From NCBI GenBank assembly GCA_038259825.1, contig JBBSOK010000001.1:3125-67124 (forward strand): a stretch of 64,000 nt of DNA. The letters are read 5' to 3'. The notes under the pieces are model-generated. The model was not told the origin of the DNA. It did not search any database and saw only the letters and a list, made by a program, of their open reading frames with translations. Source of the stretch: Flavobacteriales bacterium (lineage in GTDB: Bacteria; Bacteroidota; Bacteroidia; Flavobacteriales; Flavobacteriaceae). The first letter of the stretch is position 1, and each line of letters begins with the position of its first letter. Positions 50,116 to 60,915 of the stretch are shown piece after piece. Made by a program: the position numbers and the translations under genes.

Positions 50116-50186
50116 TGTTGTTCGCAGGTCACCGAGCGGAGCCAAATTGCAGTTTACCTTAATATGATAAATAATTCAAAAAATAA

Positions 50187-50226
50187 AAAGTCCCCAAAAA
50201 GGTTTTAAAACTTTTTTGGGGACTTT
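50187..50226. terminator. Bidirectional rho-independent terminator between convergent genes
   Basis: The hairpin is AAAGTCCCCAAAAA-loop-TTTTTGGGGACTTT. Confidence 0.75.
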
Positions 50227-50249
50227 AGTTTGTATTATTAATTCAGAAT

Positions 50250-51551
50250 TTACTTTTTCCTAAAATAAACAGTAACCGGAACACCGTGAAAATCGAACTT
50301 TTCACGCATTTTGTTTTCAATAAAACGTTTGTATGGGTCTTTTACGTATTGAGGCAAGTTGCAGAAAAATGCAAAAGCTGGATATGGCGTTGGCAATTGC
50401 GTACAGAATTTTACCTTCACGTATTTAGCTTTATGCGCTGGCGGTGGATACGCTTGTATTATTGGAAGCATAACATCGTTAAGCTCGCTTGTTTTTACCT
50501 TTTTGGTTTTGTTGTGGAAAACTTCAACTGCAGTTTCAATCGCTTTAAAAATTCGCTGTTTGTTTAATACCGAAATAAAGATAATAGGCACATCGGTAAA
50601 TGGCGAAATCTGCTCGCGGATATGTTTTTCAAATTCTTTTGTTGAATGGGTGTCTTTTTCAACTAAATCCCACTTATTGGCGAGGATTACAATTCCTTTA
50701 TTGTTACGCTGTGCAAGCCAAAAAATATTTTCAACCTGTCCATCAAATCCACGGGTTGCGTCAAAAATTAATATGATAACATCACAATGCTCAATGGCGC
50801 GAACGCTTCTCATTACGCTGTAAAACTCAAGATCTTCTTTTACCTTACTTTTTTTACGGATTCCAGCAGTGTCAACAAGATTAAATTCAAACCCAAAACG
50901 GTCATATTTTGTATCGATACTATCACGAGTTGTACCGGCAATATCCGTAACTATATATCTGTCTTTACCAATTAATGCATTTATAAAAGAAGACTTTCCA
51001 GCATTTGGACGCCCAACAACTGCAAAACGCGGTAGGGCACTATCATCTGGCTCTTCTCTATCAGGCAAAGCTTTTACAAGATCATCCAAAAGATCGCCCG
51101 TTCCGCTGCCGCTAATACTAGAAATGTTATAATACTGTTCAAAGCCAAGGTTATAAAATTCCATGGCATCGTTTACGCGGGACGCAGTATCAACTTTATT
51201 TACAGCCAGAAAAATTGGTTTTTTACTTTTACGCAAAAGTTTTGCAACTTCTTGATCCATACCTGTAATTCCGCTTTCAACATCTACCATAAATATAACA
51301 ACATCAGCTTCTTCAATAGCTAATTCTACTTGCTTGTCAATTTCAGCTTCAAAAACATCATCGCTTCCTTTTACATATCCGCCTGTGTCAATTAGCGAAA
51401 AATCACGACCGTTCCAGTCACTTTTTCCATAATGACGATCACGCGTTACGCCACTAGTGGCGTCTACAATTGCTTCTCTACGCTGGATTAATCTATTAAA
51501 AAATGTAGATTTTCCAACATTTGGTCGTCCTACAACAGCTACTATACTCAT
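50250..51551 (-). CDS. der: Ribosome-associated GTPase Der (EngA)
   Basis: It has two tandem GTPase domains (GRPNVGKSTFFN and GRPNAGKSSFIN, each with DTGG/DTAG and NKVD/NKWD) plus a KH-like C-terminus. Confidence 0.95.
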   Translation of the reverse strand: MSIVAVVGRPNVGKSTFFNRLIQRREAIVDATSGVTRDRHYGKSDWNGRDFSLIDTGGYVKGSDDVFEAEIDKQVELAIEEADVVIFMVDVESGITGMDQEVAKLLRKSKKPIFLAVNKVDTASRVNDAMEFYNLGFEQYYNISSISGSGTGDLLDDLVKALPDREEPDDSALPRFAVVGRPNAGKSSFINALIGKDRYIVTDIAGTTRDSIDTKYDRFGFEFNLVDTAGIRKKSKVKEDLEFYSVMRSVRAIEHCDVIILIFDATRGFDGQVENIFWLAQRNNKGIVILANKWDLVEKDTHSTKEFEKHIREQISPFTDVPIIFISVLNKQRIFKAIETAVEVFHNKTKKVKTSELNDVMLPIIQAYPPPAHKAKYVKVKFCTQLPTPYPAFAFFCNLPQYVKDPYKRFIENKMREKFDFHGVPVTVYFRKK

Positions 51552-51918
51552 TTATTTATATTTAAGGGTGCAAAAGTAATGCTAACTTGTTAGAAATGCA
51601 GTTTTAGTGAAGAAATACTTTGGTTATAGTTTCTAGTTACTTTCATTGACTAGTAATAGCATTGAGTAATAGTGTGTTCCATTTCTATAATTTATCTGGA
51701 CGCTTGTAAAATTTATGTTCGGTTAATTTAGAAATATCCATTCATTTTTAATATGAAATTTGAGTTTGACTTCGAGTTATTATACGGCAGTTGCCCTATT
51801 TTTTTCGGTGGTAATTAATTACACCTTTACAAATCAATTTTAAAACGGGTAGTACGTTTTAATTGGAAAATTTTGAATTTAGTATTAGTTACTTTGAAGT
51901 TGATTTATTCTTTTTTAA

Positions 51919-52164
51919 ATGAGTGTTTCTATTTACATATTTTTATTTTTAATAATTTCAATCAGCCTTTTACTGCTATATTTCAAGGTGCAGAAAGCTA
52001 AAATATCCGCGGATCATTTTAATAAAATAGATGGTATAGAATTGGAAATTGAAAGGAATAAACATCAAATTAAAGTTCGTGGTATAGGACTTAATAAATA
52101 TAATTTTTTAAAATATAATTTGGATGAAGCTTTAATTGTGCAGCCTGAAATTTTAGTACATTAG
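51919..52164 (+). CDS. Small hypothetical membrane protein
   Basis: It is 81 aa with one TM helix and lies just upstream of the histidine kinase. Support is weak. Confidence 0.3.
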   Translation: MSVSIYIFLFLIISISLLLLYFKVQKAKISADHFNKIDGIELEIERNKHQIKVRGIGLNKYNFLKYNLDEALIVQPEILVH

Positions 52165-52182
52165 TTCTTCAAAATTAGTACT

Positions 52183-53988
52183 ATGCAAAAAGCTTTTCTA
52201 TTTTTTACTTTAATTCTATTCCATAATCTTCTGTGTTCACAAAACAAGAAAGAAATAGATTCCATAAACAATCTTTACATCCAAGGTTTAAACATTCCGC
52301 AGGATTCAATTATTTCTTTATATGAAAGAAATATAAACAACGCCAAAAAAATAAAATATGCAGAAGGTGAGGCAGATGCTTTGTCAAAAATTTCATTGGC
52401 TTACGGCTATCAGGGAAAGTACGATGAAAGCGCAAAATATGGTTTGGATGCCGTAAAGCTGTATGAAAAATTGGGTTTAAGTGAAAAAGTGGCGTATAGA
52501 TACGCAGAACTTGGATATAGCTTAAAATATAGAGATATTGAAAAAGCTAGCCTCTATATGCAGCGCGGAAAGACAATTGCAGAGTCAAAGAATAACGAAG
52601 TAGTCCTAAAGGATATTTATAATAATTATGGCGTTATCAAGGAAATTAAAAATCAATTGGACAGCGCGCTTTATTATTACAACAAAAGCTTAGATATAAA
52701 GCAAAAAATTAAAGATACAATCGGCATTCCCTATTCATACAGCAATATGGCTGGCGTTTATGGGATACAAAAGAATTTTGAAAAAGCAAAAGAGTACTTT
52801 AATTTGGCGCTAATCAAAAGGTTGCAATGGAAGGATTCTACAACCATTGCAGAAAATTACACACAAATTGGAGAAGTCTATTTAGCTGAAGAAAAATTTG
52901 ATCAAGCTATTAATTGGATACATAAATCCTTGCCGCTTTCCAAAGCAAAACAGTATCAAAATTTAACACAGTATAATTATAAATTGTTGTCGGACATTTA
53001 TAAAACCAAGAAAAATACAGATTCTGCATTACATTATTTTGAGCAGTTTTCGACAATCAAAGACAGTATTCACAGCTTAAAAGTGGAACAAAGTATTGCC
53101 GCGCTTACCATTGAATATGAAACAGAAAAAAAGGAAAATGAAATCCTTAAACAACGCACGCAGCTGGCCGAAAAGGAAATTGAGGTAAAACGCAAAAACA
53201 CAATAATTTATGGCAGTTTGGCGCTTGCAGTTTTATTAGGATTAATAGGTTTTTTATTTTATAATCAGCAAAAATTAAAAAATCGTCAACTTAAAAAAGA
53301 AGGTGAACTTACAACAGCTTTGGCCAAAATTGAAACACAAAACCATTTGCAAGAACAACGTTTACGTATTTCTAGGGATTTGCACGACAATATTGGTGCG
53401 CAGCTAACATTTATTATTAGTAGTTTGGATAATATTAAATATGGTTTCACGGATATTGGTGAGAAACTAGAAAATAAACTTACCGGAATCAGCCAATTTA
53501 CGCGACAAACTATTTTTGAACTGCGGGATACAATTTGGGCAATGAATAAAAATCAAATAACTTTTGAAGATTTACAAGCCAGGATTTCCAATTTTATTGA
53601 ACAGGCAAAAGTAGCTTCCGAAACAACTTCATTCTCTTTTGAAATTGCCGCAGAAGTTGATAAAAATCATCTTTTTACATCGGTAGAAGGAATGAATATA
53701 TATCGAATTATACAAGAAGCGGTAAATAATGCTTTGAAGTATGCTGACGCAAGCGAAATTAAAACTATTATTTCGAAAACTCCTTTTAAAAATGCCGAAG
53801 CACTTAAAAATGATGAGCAATTTGAAATTAAAGTTACAGACAATGGAAAAGGCTTTGATATAGCTGAAATTGAGATGGGCAACGGCTTAAATAATATGAA
53901 GAAACGCGCAAGGGAAATAAATGGACAATTATTTATTACATCGGACTTGGTAGAGGGAACAACAGTTTCTTTAAAAATTCCAACATAA
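52183..53988 (+). CDS. TPR-repeat sensor histidine kinase (HisKA_3 / NarX-type)
   Basis: A signal peptide and TPR-like repeats are followed by a TM helix. The phospho-acceptor His is in RISRDLHDNIGAQLT, and the C-terminal HATPase_c domain has VTDNGKGF and GNGLNNM. Confidence 0.85.
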   Translation: MQKAFLFFTLILFHNLLCSQNKKEIDSINNLYIQGLNIPQDSIISLYERNINNAKKIKYAEGEADALSKISLAYGYQGKYDESAKYGLDAVKLYEKLGLSEKVAYRYAELGYSLKYRDIEKASLYMQRGKTIAESKNNEVVLKDIYNNYGVIKEIKNQLDSALYYYNKSLDIKQKIKDTIGIPYSYSNMAGVYGIQKNFEKAKEYFNLALIKRLQWKDSTTIAENYTQIGEVYLAEEKFDQAINWIHKSLPLSKAKQYQNLTQYNYKLLSDIYKTKKNTDSALHYFEQFSTIKDSIHSLKVEQSIAALTIEYETEKKENEILKQRTQLAEKEIEVKRKNTIIYGSLALAVLLGLIGFLFYNQQKLKNRQLKKEGELTTALAKIETQNHLQEQRLRISRDLHDNIGAQLTFIISSLDNIKYGFTDIGEKLENKLTGISQFTRQTIFELRDTIWAMNKNQITFEDLQARISNFIEQAKVASETTSFSFEIAAEVDKNHLFTSVEGMNIYRIIQEAVNNALKYADASEIKTIISKTPFKNAEALKNDEQFEIKVTDNGKGFDIAEIEMGNGLNNMKKRAREINGQLFITSDLVEGTTVSLKIPT

Positions 53989-54094
53989 GAATTAATCGTA
54001 CAGGAATGTTGAAAAATACGGCAATTGCCTTATTTCAGATTATTTAATTAATCCTAATTTTAGCTATCTTTAAAAATCAGTTAATCAATCCATT

Positions 54095-54745
54095 ATGAAT
54101 TTAAAAATAGCCATTGTAGATGATAACTCGTTTTTAATTCACGCCATTAAAGAAAAACTTTCTTTTTTTGATGATTTAATTGTGAAACACACCTCTTTAA
54201 ACGGTAGTGAGTTATTGACTAAATTGGAAGAAAACCATAATCTAGATGTTATCTTAATGGATATTGAAATGCCTGTCTTAAATGGTATAGAAACCACTCA
54301 AATTGTAAAACAAAAATACCCGCATATAAAAATTATAATGCTCACAGCTTTTGATAATGATGAGCACATCTTTAATGCCATTAAAGCAGGTGCAGACGGC
54401 TATTTGCTAAAAGAAACAAATCCAGAAGAATTGCATCAAGGTATTAAAGAAACCTTAAATGGCGGTGCTGCAATGAATCCTTCTATTGCATTAAAAACCT
54501 TGAAATTACTTAGAAATCCTATTGACATCAAAAACCGAGAGGATCAAGAAGAAATTTCACTTTCTGACAGGGAAGTTGAGGTTTTGGAGCAATTAAGTAA
54601 AGGTTTGAGTTACACGGCAATTGCTTCAAATTTGTTTCTTTCGCCAAGAACAGTTCGCAAGCACATTGAAAATATCTACAAAAAATTACAGGTACACAGT
54701 AAGATTGAAGCTGTTCAAAAGGCGAAAAATCATAATATTATTTAG
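54095..54745 (+). CDS. NarL/LuxR-family response regulator
   Basis: The receiver domain has VDDN, the phospho-acceptor in LMDIEMP, and LTAF. The C-terminal LuxR HTH is LSDREVEVLEQLSKGLSYTAIA. Confidence 0.9.
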   Translation: MNLKIAIVDDNSFLIHAIKEKLSFFDDLIVKHTSLNGSELLTKLEENHNLDVILMDIEMPVLNGIETTQIVKQKYPHIKIIMLTAFDNDEHIFNAIKAGADGYLLKETNPEELHQGIKETLNGGAAMNPSIALKTLKLLRNPIDIKNREDQEEISLSDREVEVLEQLSKGLSYTAIASNLFLSPRTVRKHIENIYKKLQVHSKIEAVQKAKNHNII

Positions 54746-54920
54746 AGTTTGAAGCCACTCTTCGTCTGTTGATAAATATTTATATTCATAAAGCTATTTA
54801 CATTTTTAGAAATATTTTTACAAATTAGAAATAGAAATTGCGGAAGTTATCTGTTAAAATAGATTTAATTACAGCCTATTACGGGATTATAGCTAGTATC
54901 TTCCCCAAAAAGATTCTAAT

Positions 54921-55841
54921 ATGAAAACTATGCTTCCTATCCTTATTTTTACAATTGCCTTTTTTATTTCGTGCAATAACGATGATGATGACGATGTGAT
55001 TGCTGTTCAAAATCCTACAGCGTTTGGACTGAGTTATGCGCAAAGTAATCAAGATTTTACATCAACCTTTACAACCTTGCAATCAGCAATTCAAGCAAAT
55101 GCGAATATTTCAATTGTCGCTACTATAGACCATCAATCAAATGCTCAAAACGTGGGTTTAGAACTTCGACCAACTCGCGAAATTATTTTCGGTAATCCCA
55201 CAATCGGTACGCCAATTATGCAAGCCAACCAACTTGCCGGATTAGATTTACCACAAAAAATGTTGGTATATCAAGATGCTGATAGTAATGTATTTGTAGG
55301 TTACAACAATGCTAATTATTTGGCAGCAAGGCATGCTGGCGTTAATAATGCTGAAACAATTGAACAACTATCAACTGCCTTATCAAATTTTTCCCAAGGA
55401 GCTACAAATGGTACGGTTTCAGAAAACGAAAGTACAAATGTTACTGATAAGCAAGGCATCGCAACCTATTTGAGCAATAATGATTTTGAAACAACCTACA
55501 GTAATCTTAGAAATGCAGTTTCGGGTAACGACAACTTAATTTTAGTTGCAGAAGTAGATCATCAAACAAATGCCGCATCTGTTGGTTTGACTTTACGACC
55601 AACTCGTTTGCTAATTTTTGGAAATCCTAATCTAGGAACGCCATTAATGCAGAATTCCCAAACAACGGGTATAGATTTACCACAAAAAATTCTTGTGTGG
55701 CAGGCAGAAGATGGTACAGTAAATGTTTCTTATAATGAGCCTTCCTATCTTGTATTAAGGCATTCAATTACTGGAAATACAGAAACTATAAATACTATTT
55801 CTAACGCTTTATTAATGTTGACAGAAGCTGCCACAAACTAA
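54921..55841 (+). CDS. Lipoprotein with two tandem DUF302-like domains
   Basis: A lipobox (FFISCNNDDDDD) is followed by two copies of DHQ(S/T)NA..VGL.LRPTR..IFGNP..GTP.MQ......DLPQK.LV(Y/W)Q. Confidence 0.6.
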   Translation: MKTMLPILIFTIAFFISCNNDDDDDVIAVQNPTAFGLSYAQSNQDFTSTFTTLQSAIQANANISIVATIDHQSNAQNVGLELRPTREIIFGNPTIGTPIMQANQLAGLDLPQKMLVYQDADSNVFVGYNNANYLAARHAGVNNAETIEQLSTALSNFSQGATNGTVSENESTNVTDKQGIATYLSNNDFETTYSNLRNAVSGNDNLILVAEVDHQTNAASVGLTLRPTRLLIFGNPNLGTPLMQNSQTTGIDLPQKILVWQAEDGTVNVSYNEPSYLVLRHSITGNTETINTISNALLMLTEAATN

Positions 55842-56019
55842 ATTTTAATCAATTATAAAAATTTGAAAAAGACCTTAAAGATTACAAAATCTTTGAGGTT
55901 TTTAAATTATGTAAACGCAATTGAAGTGTTTCAATTTTGTCTCATAACTTCAACTTAGAAAATTCATAAATTTTCTGTAGTTTTATAAATTGTTCCAATA
56001 AATCTATTCAGAAAAAAAC

Positions 56020-57567
56020 ATGAAAAACCTTTACATTTTATCTTTCAGCATTTTATTATTTTCTTCATCTTCAATATTTGCACAAAAAAACGAAGTAATT
56101 GAAAACATTCAAAAAGAAGCTTACAACAACTCACAACTCGAAATTTTAGGTCATGAATTGCTAGATGACATAGGCCCGAGATTGGTCGGCACACCGCAAA
56201 TGCAACAAGCGCACGATTGGGCGGTTGCGAAGTATAAAGGCTGGGGCATTAGCGCCGAAAACCAGAAATGGGGCGAATGGAAAAGCTGGGAACGCGGCAT
56301 TACACACATAGATTTAATTTCGCCAAGAGTAATAACCTTAGACGGTACACAATTGGCTTGGAATCCAGGAACGACAACAAAAGGTGTAACGGCTGAAGTA
56401 GTTATTATTCCTGAAATAGAAGACTCCCTTTGGTTTAAAAATTGGCTACCGAATGTAAAAGGAAAATTTGTGATGATTGCCGTGAAGCAACCAACCGGAA
56501 GACCGGACGACAACTGGGAAGAATGGGCAACACCTGAATCTTTTGAAAAAATGAAAAAGGAAAGGAATGAAATGAACGATGTTTGGAATAATAACATTAA
56601 AAAAAGCGGTTATGACCGCAGGAGCATAATTACAGCTTTAGAAGAAGCCGGCGCCGCTGGTATTATTGATAGTTATTGGTCTCGCGGTTTTGGTGTAAAT
56701 AAAATTTTTGGCGCACGTACAAAAAAAATCCCAACGGTTGATATTGAATTAGAAGATTACACAATGCTTTATAGAATGGTGGAACATGGTGATAAGCCTA
56801 AAATACGCGTAGTTGCAGAATCTAAAGATTTAGGAATGGCGCCAACTTTTAATACAATTGCGGAAATAAAAGGAACTGAGAAGCCTGAAGAATATGTTAT
56901 ACTTTCAGCACATTTTGATTCTTGGGACGCAGGAACAGGCGCAACTGACAATGGTACCGGAACGTTGGTGATGATGGAGGCAATGCGCATTCTCAAAAAA
57001 GTTTATCCAAACCCAAAACGCACAATTTTAGTAGGACATTGGGGTAGTGAGGAACAAGGTTTAAATGGTTCGTCATCCTTTGTGGCAGATCATCCCGAAA
57101 TTGTAAGCAATGTTCAAGCAGTTTTCAATCAGGATAACGGTACGGGCCGTGTAACAAAAATTAATGGCGCAGGTTTTTTACAGTCTTACGATTATATTTC
57201 ACGATGGCTAAAAGCTGTTCCAGATACTATTAGTAAGCATATTGAAACTACTTTTCCTGGAAATCCGGCTAGAGGTGGCTCTGACAATGCAAGTTTTGTT
57301 GCGGCAGGTGCACCGGCTTTTAGTTTAAGCTCTTTAAGTTGGGATTATTGGAATTATACTTGGCACACCAACCGTGATACGTACGATAAAATTGTTTTTG
57401 ATGATGTGCAAAACAACGTAATCCTAACCGCAATTATGGCATATATGGCTTCGGAAGATGATACAAAAACTTCTCGTGAACAAGTTATCTTACCAATTGA
57501 CGATAAAACAGGCGAGCCGCAAACGTGGCCAACACCAAGAGTTCCAGAAAGAAAAGGTGGACTGTAG
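56020..57567 (+). CDS. M28-family aminopeptidase
   Basis: It has a signal peptide, the zinc ligand motifs HFDSWDAGTGATDNGTG and WGSEEQGLNGS, a PA-domain-like insert, and a late H in YTWHTNRDT. Confidence 0.85.
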   Translation: MKNLYILSFSILLFSSSSIFAQKNEVIENIQKEAYNNSQLEILGHELLDDIGPRLVGTPQMQQAHDWAVAKYKGWGISAENQKWGEWKSWERGITHIDLISPRVITLDGTQLAWNPGTTTKGVTAEVVIIPEIEDSLWFKNWLPNVKGKFVMIAVKQPTGRPDDNWEEWATPESFEKMKKERNEMNDVWNNNIKKSGYDRRSIITALEEAGAAGIIDSYWSRGFGVNKIFGARTKKIPTVDIELEDYTMLYRMVEHGDKPKIRVVAESKDLGMAPTFNTIAEIKGTEKPEEYVILSAHFDSWDAGTGATDNGTGTLVMMEAMRILKKVYPNPKRTILVGHWGSEEQGLNGSSSFVADHPEIVSNVQAVFNQDNGTGRVTKINGAGFLQSYDYISRWLKAVPDTISKHIETTFPGNPARGGSDNASFVAAGAPAFSLSSLSWDYWNYTWHTNRDTYDKIVFDDVQNNVILTAIMAYMASEDDTKTSREQVILPIDDKTGEPQTWPTPRVPERKGGL

Positions 57568-57590
57568 ACTTTAAAGTTTCATAAATAACA

Positions 57591-57642
57591 AATCCCAAAT
57601 TTTAATTGCTGTCTTAGACATTTGCAATTAAAATTTGGGATT
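57591..57642. terminator. Long bidirectional terminator hairpin between convergent genes
   Basis: The stem is 19 bp: AATCCCAAATTTTAATTGC...GCAATTAAAATTTGGGATT, followed by T-rich sequence. Confidence 0.75.
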
Positions 57643-57670
57643 TTTCTTTAGTGTGTTACTTCAAAAAAAA

Positions 57671-59326
57671 TCAATTTTTAAAAGCTTTTGGGATTTTTCT
57701 AATTTTGCTTAAATCTTCAAATGCTTTGCCGATTTCAAGTAATTTCAATTCAGAGAAAGGCTCGCTGATAATTGTCAATCCAATTGGCTCACCGCTTTTT
57801 TTGTAACCCATTGGCACCGTTAAACAAGGATGAAGCGCAACTGCAGCATAGGCTGAATGATAATTGTTAATACTTAAAATTGCATCCAGATTATTCTCTT
57901 TCATAGGTTTGTCAAAAAACTTTATTCCGTTTTCTTTTAGTATTTTTTTCACGGTTTGAAAAGATTCTTTAGAAGTGGAATCCTTCATAATACCATCAAA
58001 AATTCCTTGATTATATGGCATTCTTTTCAGACTATCTAATTTATTGAAAGCCATCACGTCTTCAAGATTTTTTATTGATATATTTTTTGAAGCAGATTTT
58101 TTCAAGTATAATGGCAAATCTTCTTTCATTTCAAGATTTAGGAGCGTAAGAAAACTGGGTAAATCAATTTCTTCGGGTGTATATTCAACCAAAATAGCGC
58201 CAGCATTTTTAAGGCTTTCCATCGTTTTGGAATAAATTGAATCTGAAAGCAAACTTTTCATAACGCCCAATCTTTTCCCTTTCAATGTTGCAGATTTTAA
58301 GTTTGAATAAAAATTAATTTCATTAGCAACTGAAGCATTGTCATATTCATCTTTTCCAGTCATTGCATCCAATAATATAGCATTGTCTACAATATTTTTA
58401 GTCATTGGTCCAGGAGTGTCCAAAGTATGAGAAATTGGAACAATCCCAGTCCTGCTTAAAACACCAACAGTAGGTTTTAAGCCAACAACCGAATTTTGAC
58501 TGGATGGTGAAATAATTGAACCAGCTGTTTCCGTCCCTACTGCAGCAACTGCATAATTTGCAGCAATGGCCGTCCCGCTTCCTGCACTACTTCCGCCGGT
58601 TTCAAATTGCTTTCTGCCATATGGATTCAGTGTTTGTCCTCCAACAGCGCTATATCCAACCGGGCAACCTTGACAAAAATAATATGCCCATTCGCTCAAG
58701 TTTGCTTTCCCCAGAATTAAAGCACCATTTTTACGTAATTGTGAAACAATAAAAGCATCCGTTTTTGGACTATTTTCTATCAGAGAAAATGCGCCAGCCG
58801 TAGTTTTCATATCCTTTGTGTCTATGTTGTCTTTTAGTAAAATTGGCATTCCATAGATTAAACTTTTCTGATTTTTTTTGTTTTTGTCCATTGCTTTTGC
58901 CTCTTTTAGAACATTTGGGTTTAGTGCAATTATGGTGTGAAGCGAAGTTCCAGGATTTAATTCATATTTATAAATTCTTTTCAGAAAAAACAAGGTCAGT
59001 TCTTCATATGTAAAAAGATTTTTCTTGATGTGATTTTGTATGGTATGTATGTTCTGTTCTAAAACCAAGGGAAGAATTTCTAAATATCTCTTTTCTGAAA
59101 ATGCTGAAACAGCATCACTTAGTTCGCCAAAAACTTCGTTTTTATCTAAATAGTTAGATTGGATTAATTTGTATTTCATTCTATTGATAGAATGATTTTG
59201 TTGATTGGCTATTTCTTGTGTTTCATCGTACGGTTGCCATAATTTTTCTTGGGAAAGGAGACTTCCGAAATATAAAAACGATATAAGTAAGATTACTGGG
59301 CTAAGGATTTTAAATCTATTTTTCAT
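57671..59326 (-). CDS. Amidase-signature family amidase (secreted)
   Basis: It has the GGSSAGSGTAIAA signature and KDNID. I chose the start at MKNRFKILSPVILL (a signal peptide), because the longer ORF start at 59359 runs into the metK terminator hairpin. Confidence 0.85.
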   Translation of the reverse strand: MKNRFKILSPVILLISFLYFGSLLSQEKLWQPYDETQEIANQQNHSINRMKYKLIQSNYLDKNEVFGELSDAVSAFSEKRYLEILPLVLEQNIHTIQNHIKKNLFTYEELTLFFLKRIYKYELNPGTSLHTIIALNPNVLKEAKAMDKNKKNQKSLIYGMPILLKDNIDTKDMKTTAGAFSLIENSPKTDAFIVSQLRKNGALILGKANLSEWAYYFCQGCPVGYSAVGGQTLNPYGRKQFETGGSSAGSGTAIAANYAVAAVGTETAGSIISPSSQNSVVGLKPTVGVLSRTGIVPISHTLDTPGPMTKNIVDNAILLDAMTGKDEYDNASVANEINFYSNLKSATLKGKRLGVMKSLLSDSIYSKTMESLKNAGAILVEYTPEEIDLPSFLTLLNLEMKEDLPLYLKKSASKNISIKNLEDVMAFNKLDSLKRMPYNQGIFDGIMKDSTSKESFQTVKKILKENGIKFFDKPMKENNLDAILSINNYHSAYAAVALHPCLTVPMGYKKSGEPIGLTIISEPFSELKLLEIGKAFEDLSKIRKIPKAFKN

Positions 59327-59350
59327 TGCTTGAAGTTTTTTATAAATGTA

Positions 59351-59380
59351 AAAAACCATCCTGAATTTTCAAGATGGTTT
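59351..59380 (-). terminator. Rho-independent terminator of metK
   Basis: On the minus strand the hairpin AAACCATC...GATGG is followed by a run of T. Confidence 0.65.
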
Positions 59381-59408
59381 GCAATTTCATTTTACTCGGA
59401 ACGATTTT

Positions 59409-60662
59409 TTATAAATCGAAAGCTTTTTTCACAGTATCAACATAATCTAATTTTTCCCAAGTAAAAAGTTCAACTTCTCTTTCTATCCTTCCGTTATACG
59501 GACTTTCAAAAGTTTTGATAACGGTTTTCGGTTCTCTTCCCATATGTCCGTAAGAAGCCGTTTCAGAATAAATTGGATTTCTCAGTTTCAATCTTTTTTC
59601 AATAGACGCTGGACGCATATTAAAGATTTCCGAAACCTTTTTGGCAACTTCGCCATCAGAAATTTTTACATTTGAAGAATTATAAGTGTTTACAAAAATT
59701 GAAGTTGGTTCTACAACGCCAATTGCGTAGCTAACTTGTACTAAAACTTCATCGGCAACTCCTGCAGCAACAAGGTTTTTAGCAATATGTCTTGCAGCAT
59801 ATGCCGCACTTCTATCAACTTTACTCGGATCTTTTCCACTGAAAGCGCCACCACCGTGAGCACCTTTTCCACCGTATGTATCAACAATAATTTTTCTTCC
59901 GGTTAAGCCTGTGTCTCCGTGTGGGCCACCAATCACGAATTTTCCAGTTGGATTAATGTGATAAGTAATATCGTCATTAAACAATTTCTGAACATATTCC
60001 GGAAGCAATTTCTTCACTCTCGGAATCAAAATTTCAACAATATCTTTTTTAATTTTTGAAAGCATTATTTCATCTTCATCAAAATCATCGTGCTGCGTAG
60101 AAACTACGATAGCAACAATTTTCTGCGGAACATTGTCATCGCTATATTCAATAGTTACTTGGCTTTTCGCATCTGGACGCAAATATTTTATTTCATCTTC
60201 TTCGCGACGAAGCGCAGCCAATTCAATTAAGATTTTATGGGAAATGTCCAACGCCAACGGCATATAATTTTCGGTTTCCTTGGTAGCGTAACCGAACATC
60301 ATCCCTTGGTCACCAGCGCCCTGTTCTTCTTTATTTTCACGGTCAACTCCTTGGTTAATATCTTGTGATTGCTCGTGAATTAAGGAAATTACCCCGCAAG
60401 AATCGCCGCTAAATTTGTATTCGCCCTTAGTATAACCAATTTTGTTGATTACTTCGCGGGCTATATGCTGCACATCTAAGTAGGTATTGCTTTTCACTTC
60501 ACCAGCCAAAACAACTTGTCCGGTGGTAACCAAAGTTTCACAAGCAACTTTACTTTCGGGATCAAAAGCTAAAAAATTATCTAAAAGCGCATCGCTAATT
60601 TGATCCGCAACTTTGTCTGGGTGTCCTTCAGAAACACTTTCCGAAGTAAATAAATAGGCCAT
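59409..60662 (-). CDS. metK: S-adenosylmethionine synthase
   Basis: It has [32 protein letters not shown] and [16 protein letters not shown]. Confidence 0.97.
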   Translation of the reverse strand: MAYLFTSESVSEGHPDKVADQISDALLDNFLAFDPESKVACETLVTTGQVVLAGEVKSNTYLDVQHIAREVINKIGYTKGEYKFSGDSCGVISLIHEQSQDINQGVDRENKEEQGAGDQGMMFGYATKETENYMPLALDISHKILIELAALRREEDEIKYLRPDAKSQVTIEYSDDNVPQKIVAIVVSTQHDDFDEDEIMLSKIKKDIVEILIPRVKKLLPEYVQKLFNDDITYHINPTGKFVIGGPHGDTGLTGRKIIVDTYGGKGAHGGGAFSGKDPSKVDRSAAYAARHIAKNLVAAGVADEVLVQVSYAIGVVEPTSIFVNTYNSSNVKISDGEVAKKVSEIFNMRPASIEKRLKLRNPIYSETASYGHMGREPKTVIKTFESPYNGRIEREVELFTWEKLDYVDTVKKAFDL

Positions 60663-60689
60663 AAAATGGATTTAAAAATTTATATTTTC

Positions 60690-60774
60690 AGAGGATTTGA
60701 CGAATGCCGACGAGGAAGTTTTCACTGCCTTTAGCATTTTTTATTGAGGTTGCAATCAGTCAAATCTTTCCTCT
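60690..60774 (-). promoter_or_regulatory. Candidate SAM-sensing riboswitch (SAM-I clan-like) in the metK leader
   Basis: On the minus strand, AGAGGAAAGATTTGAC pairs at long range with GTCAAATCCTCT (7+5 bp) and encloses about 57 nt. The enclosed sequence contains GCAACC and TGCTAAA, which recall conserved SAM-I core elements. No covariance model was run. Confidence 0.35.
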
Positions 60775-60915
60775 TAATTTGTCTTGGGCAAAAGTAAAAA
60801 AATTAAATGAATAGCAATTTTATTTGAAGTTTTTTGGCGAAATAATTAGTAGTGGTGCAATACCAACAAGTATGCATCTATGTTATTACTAAAAACCTTA
60901 TAATCGAATTACCTC

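Noticed and set aside
49767-50132. A 121-aa minus-strand ORF rich in proline (PPPPKPPPP).
   Set aside because: It is the antisense reading of the GGC/GGT-rich glycine tail of the plus-strand TPM protein. It is a compositional artefact with no independent support.
59327-59359. Longer start for the amidase-signature protein (MVFYIYKKLQA...).
   Set aside because: The extra codons run into the metK terminator hairpin. The Met at 59326 begins a clean signal peptide.
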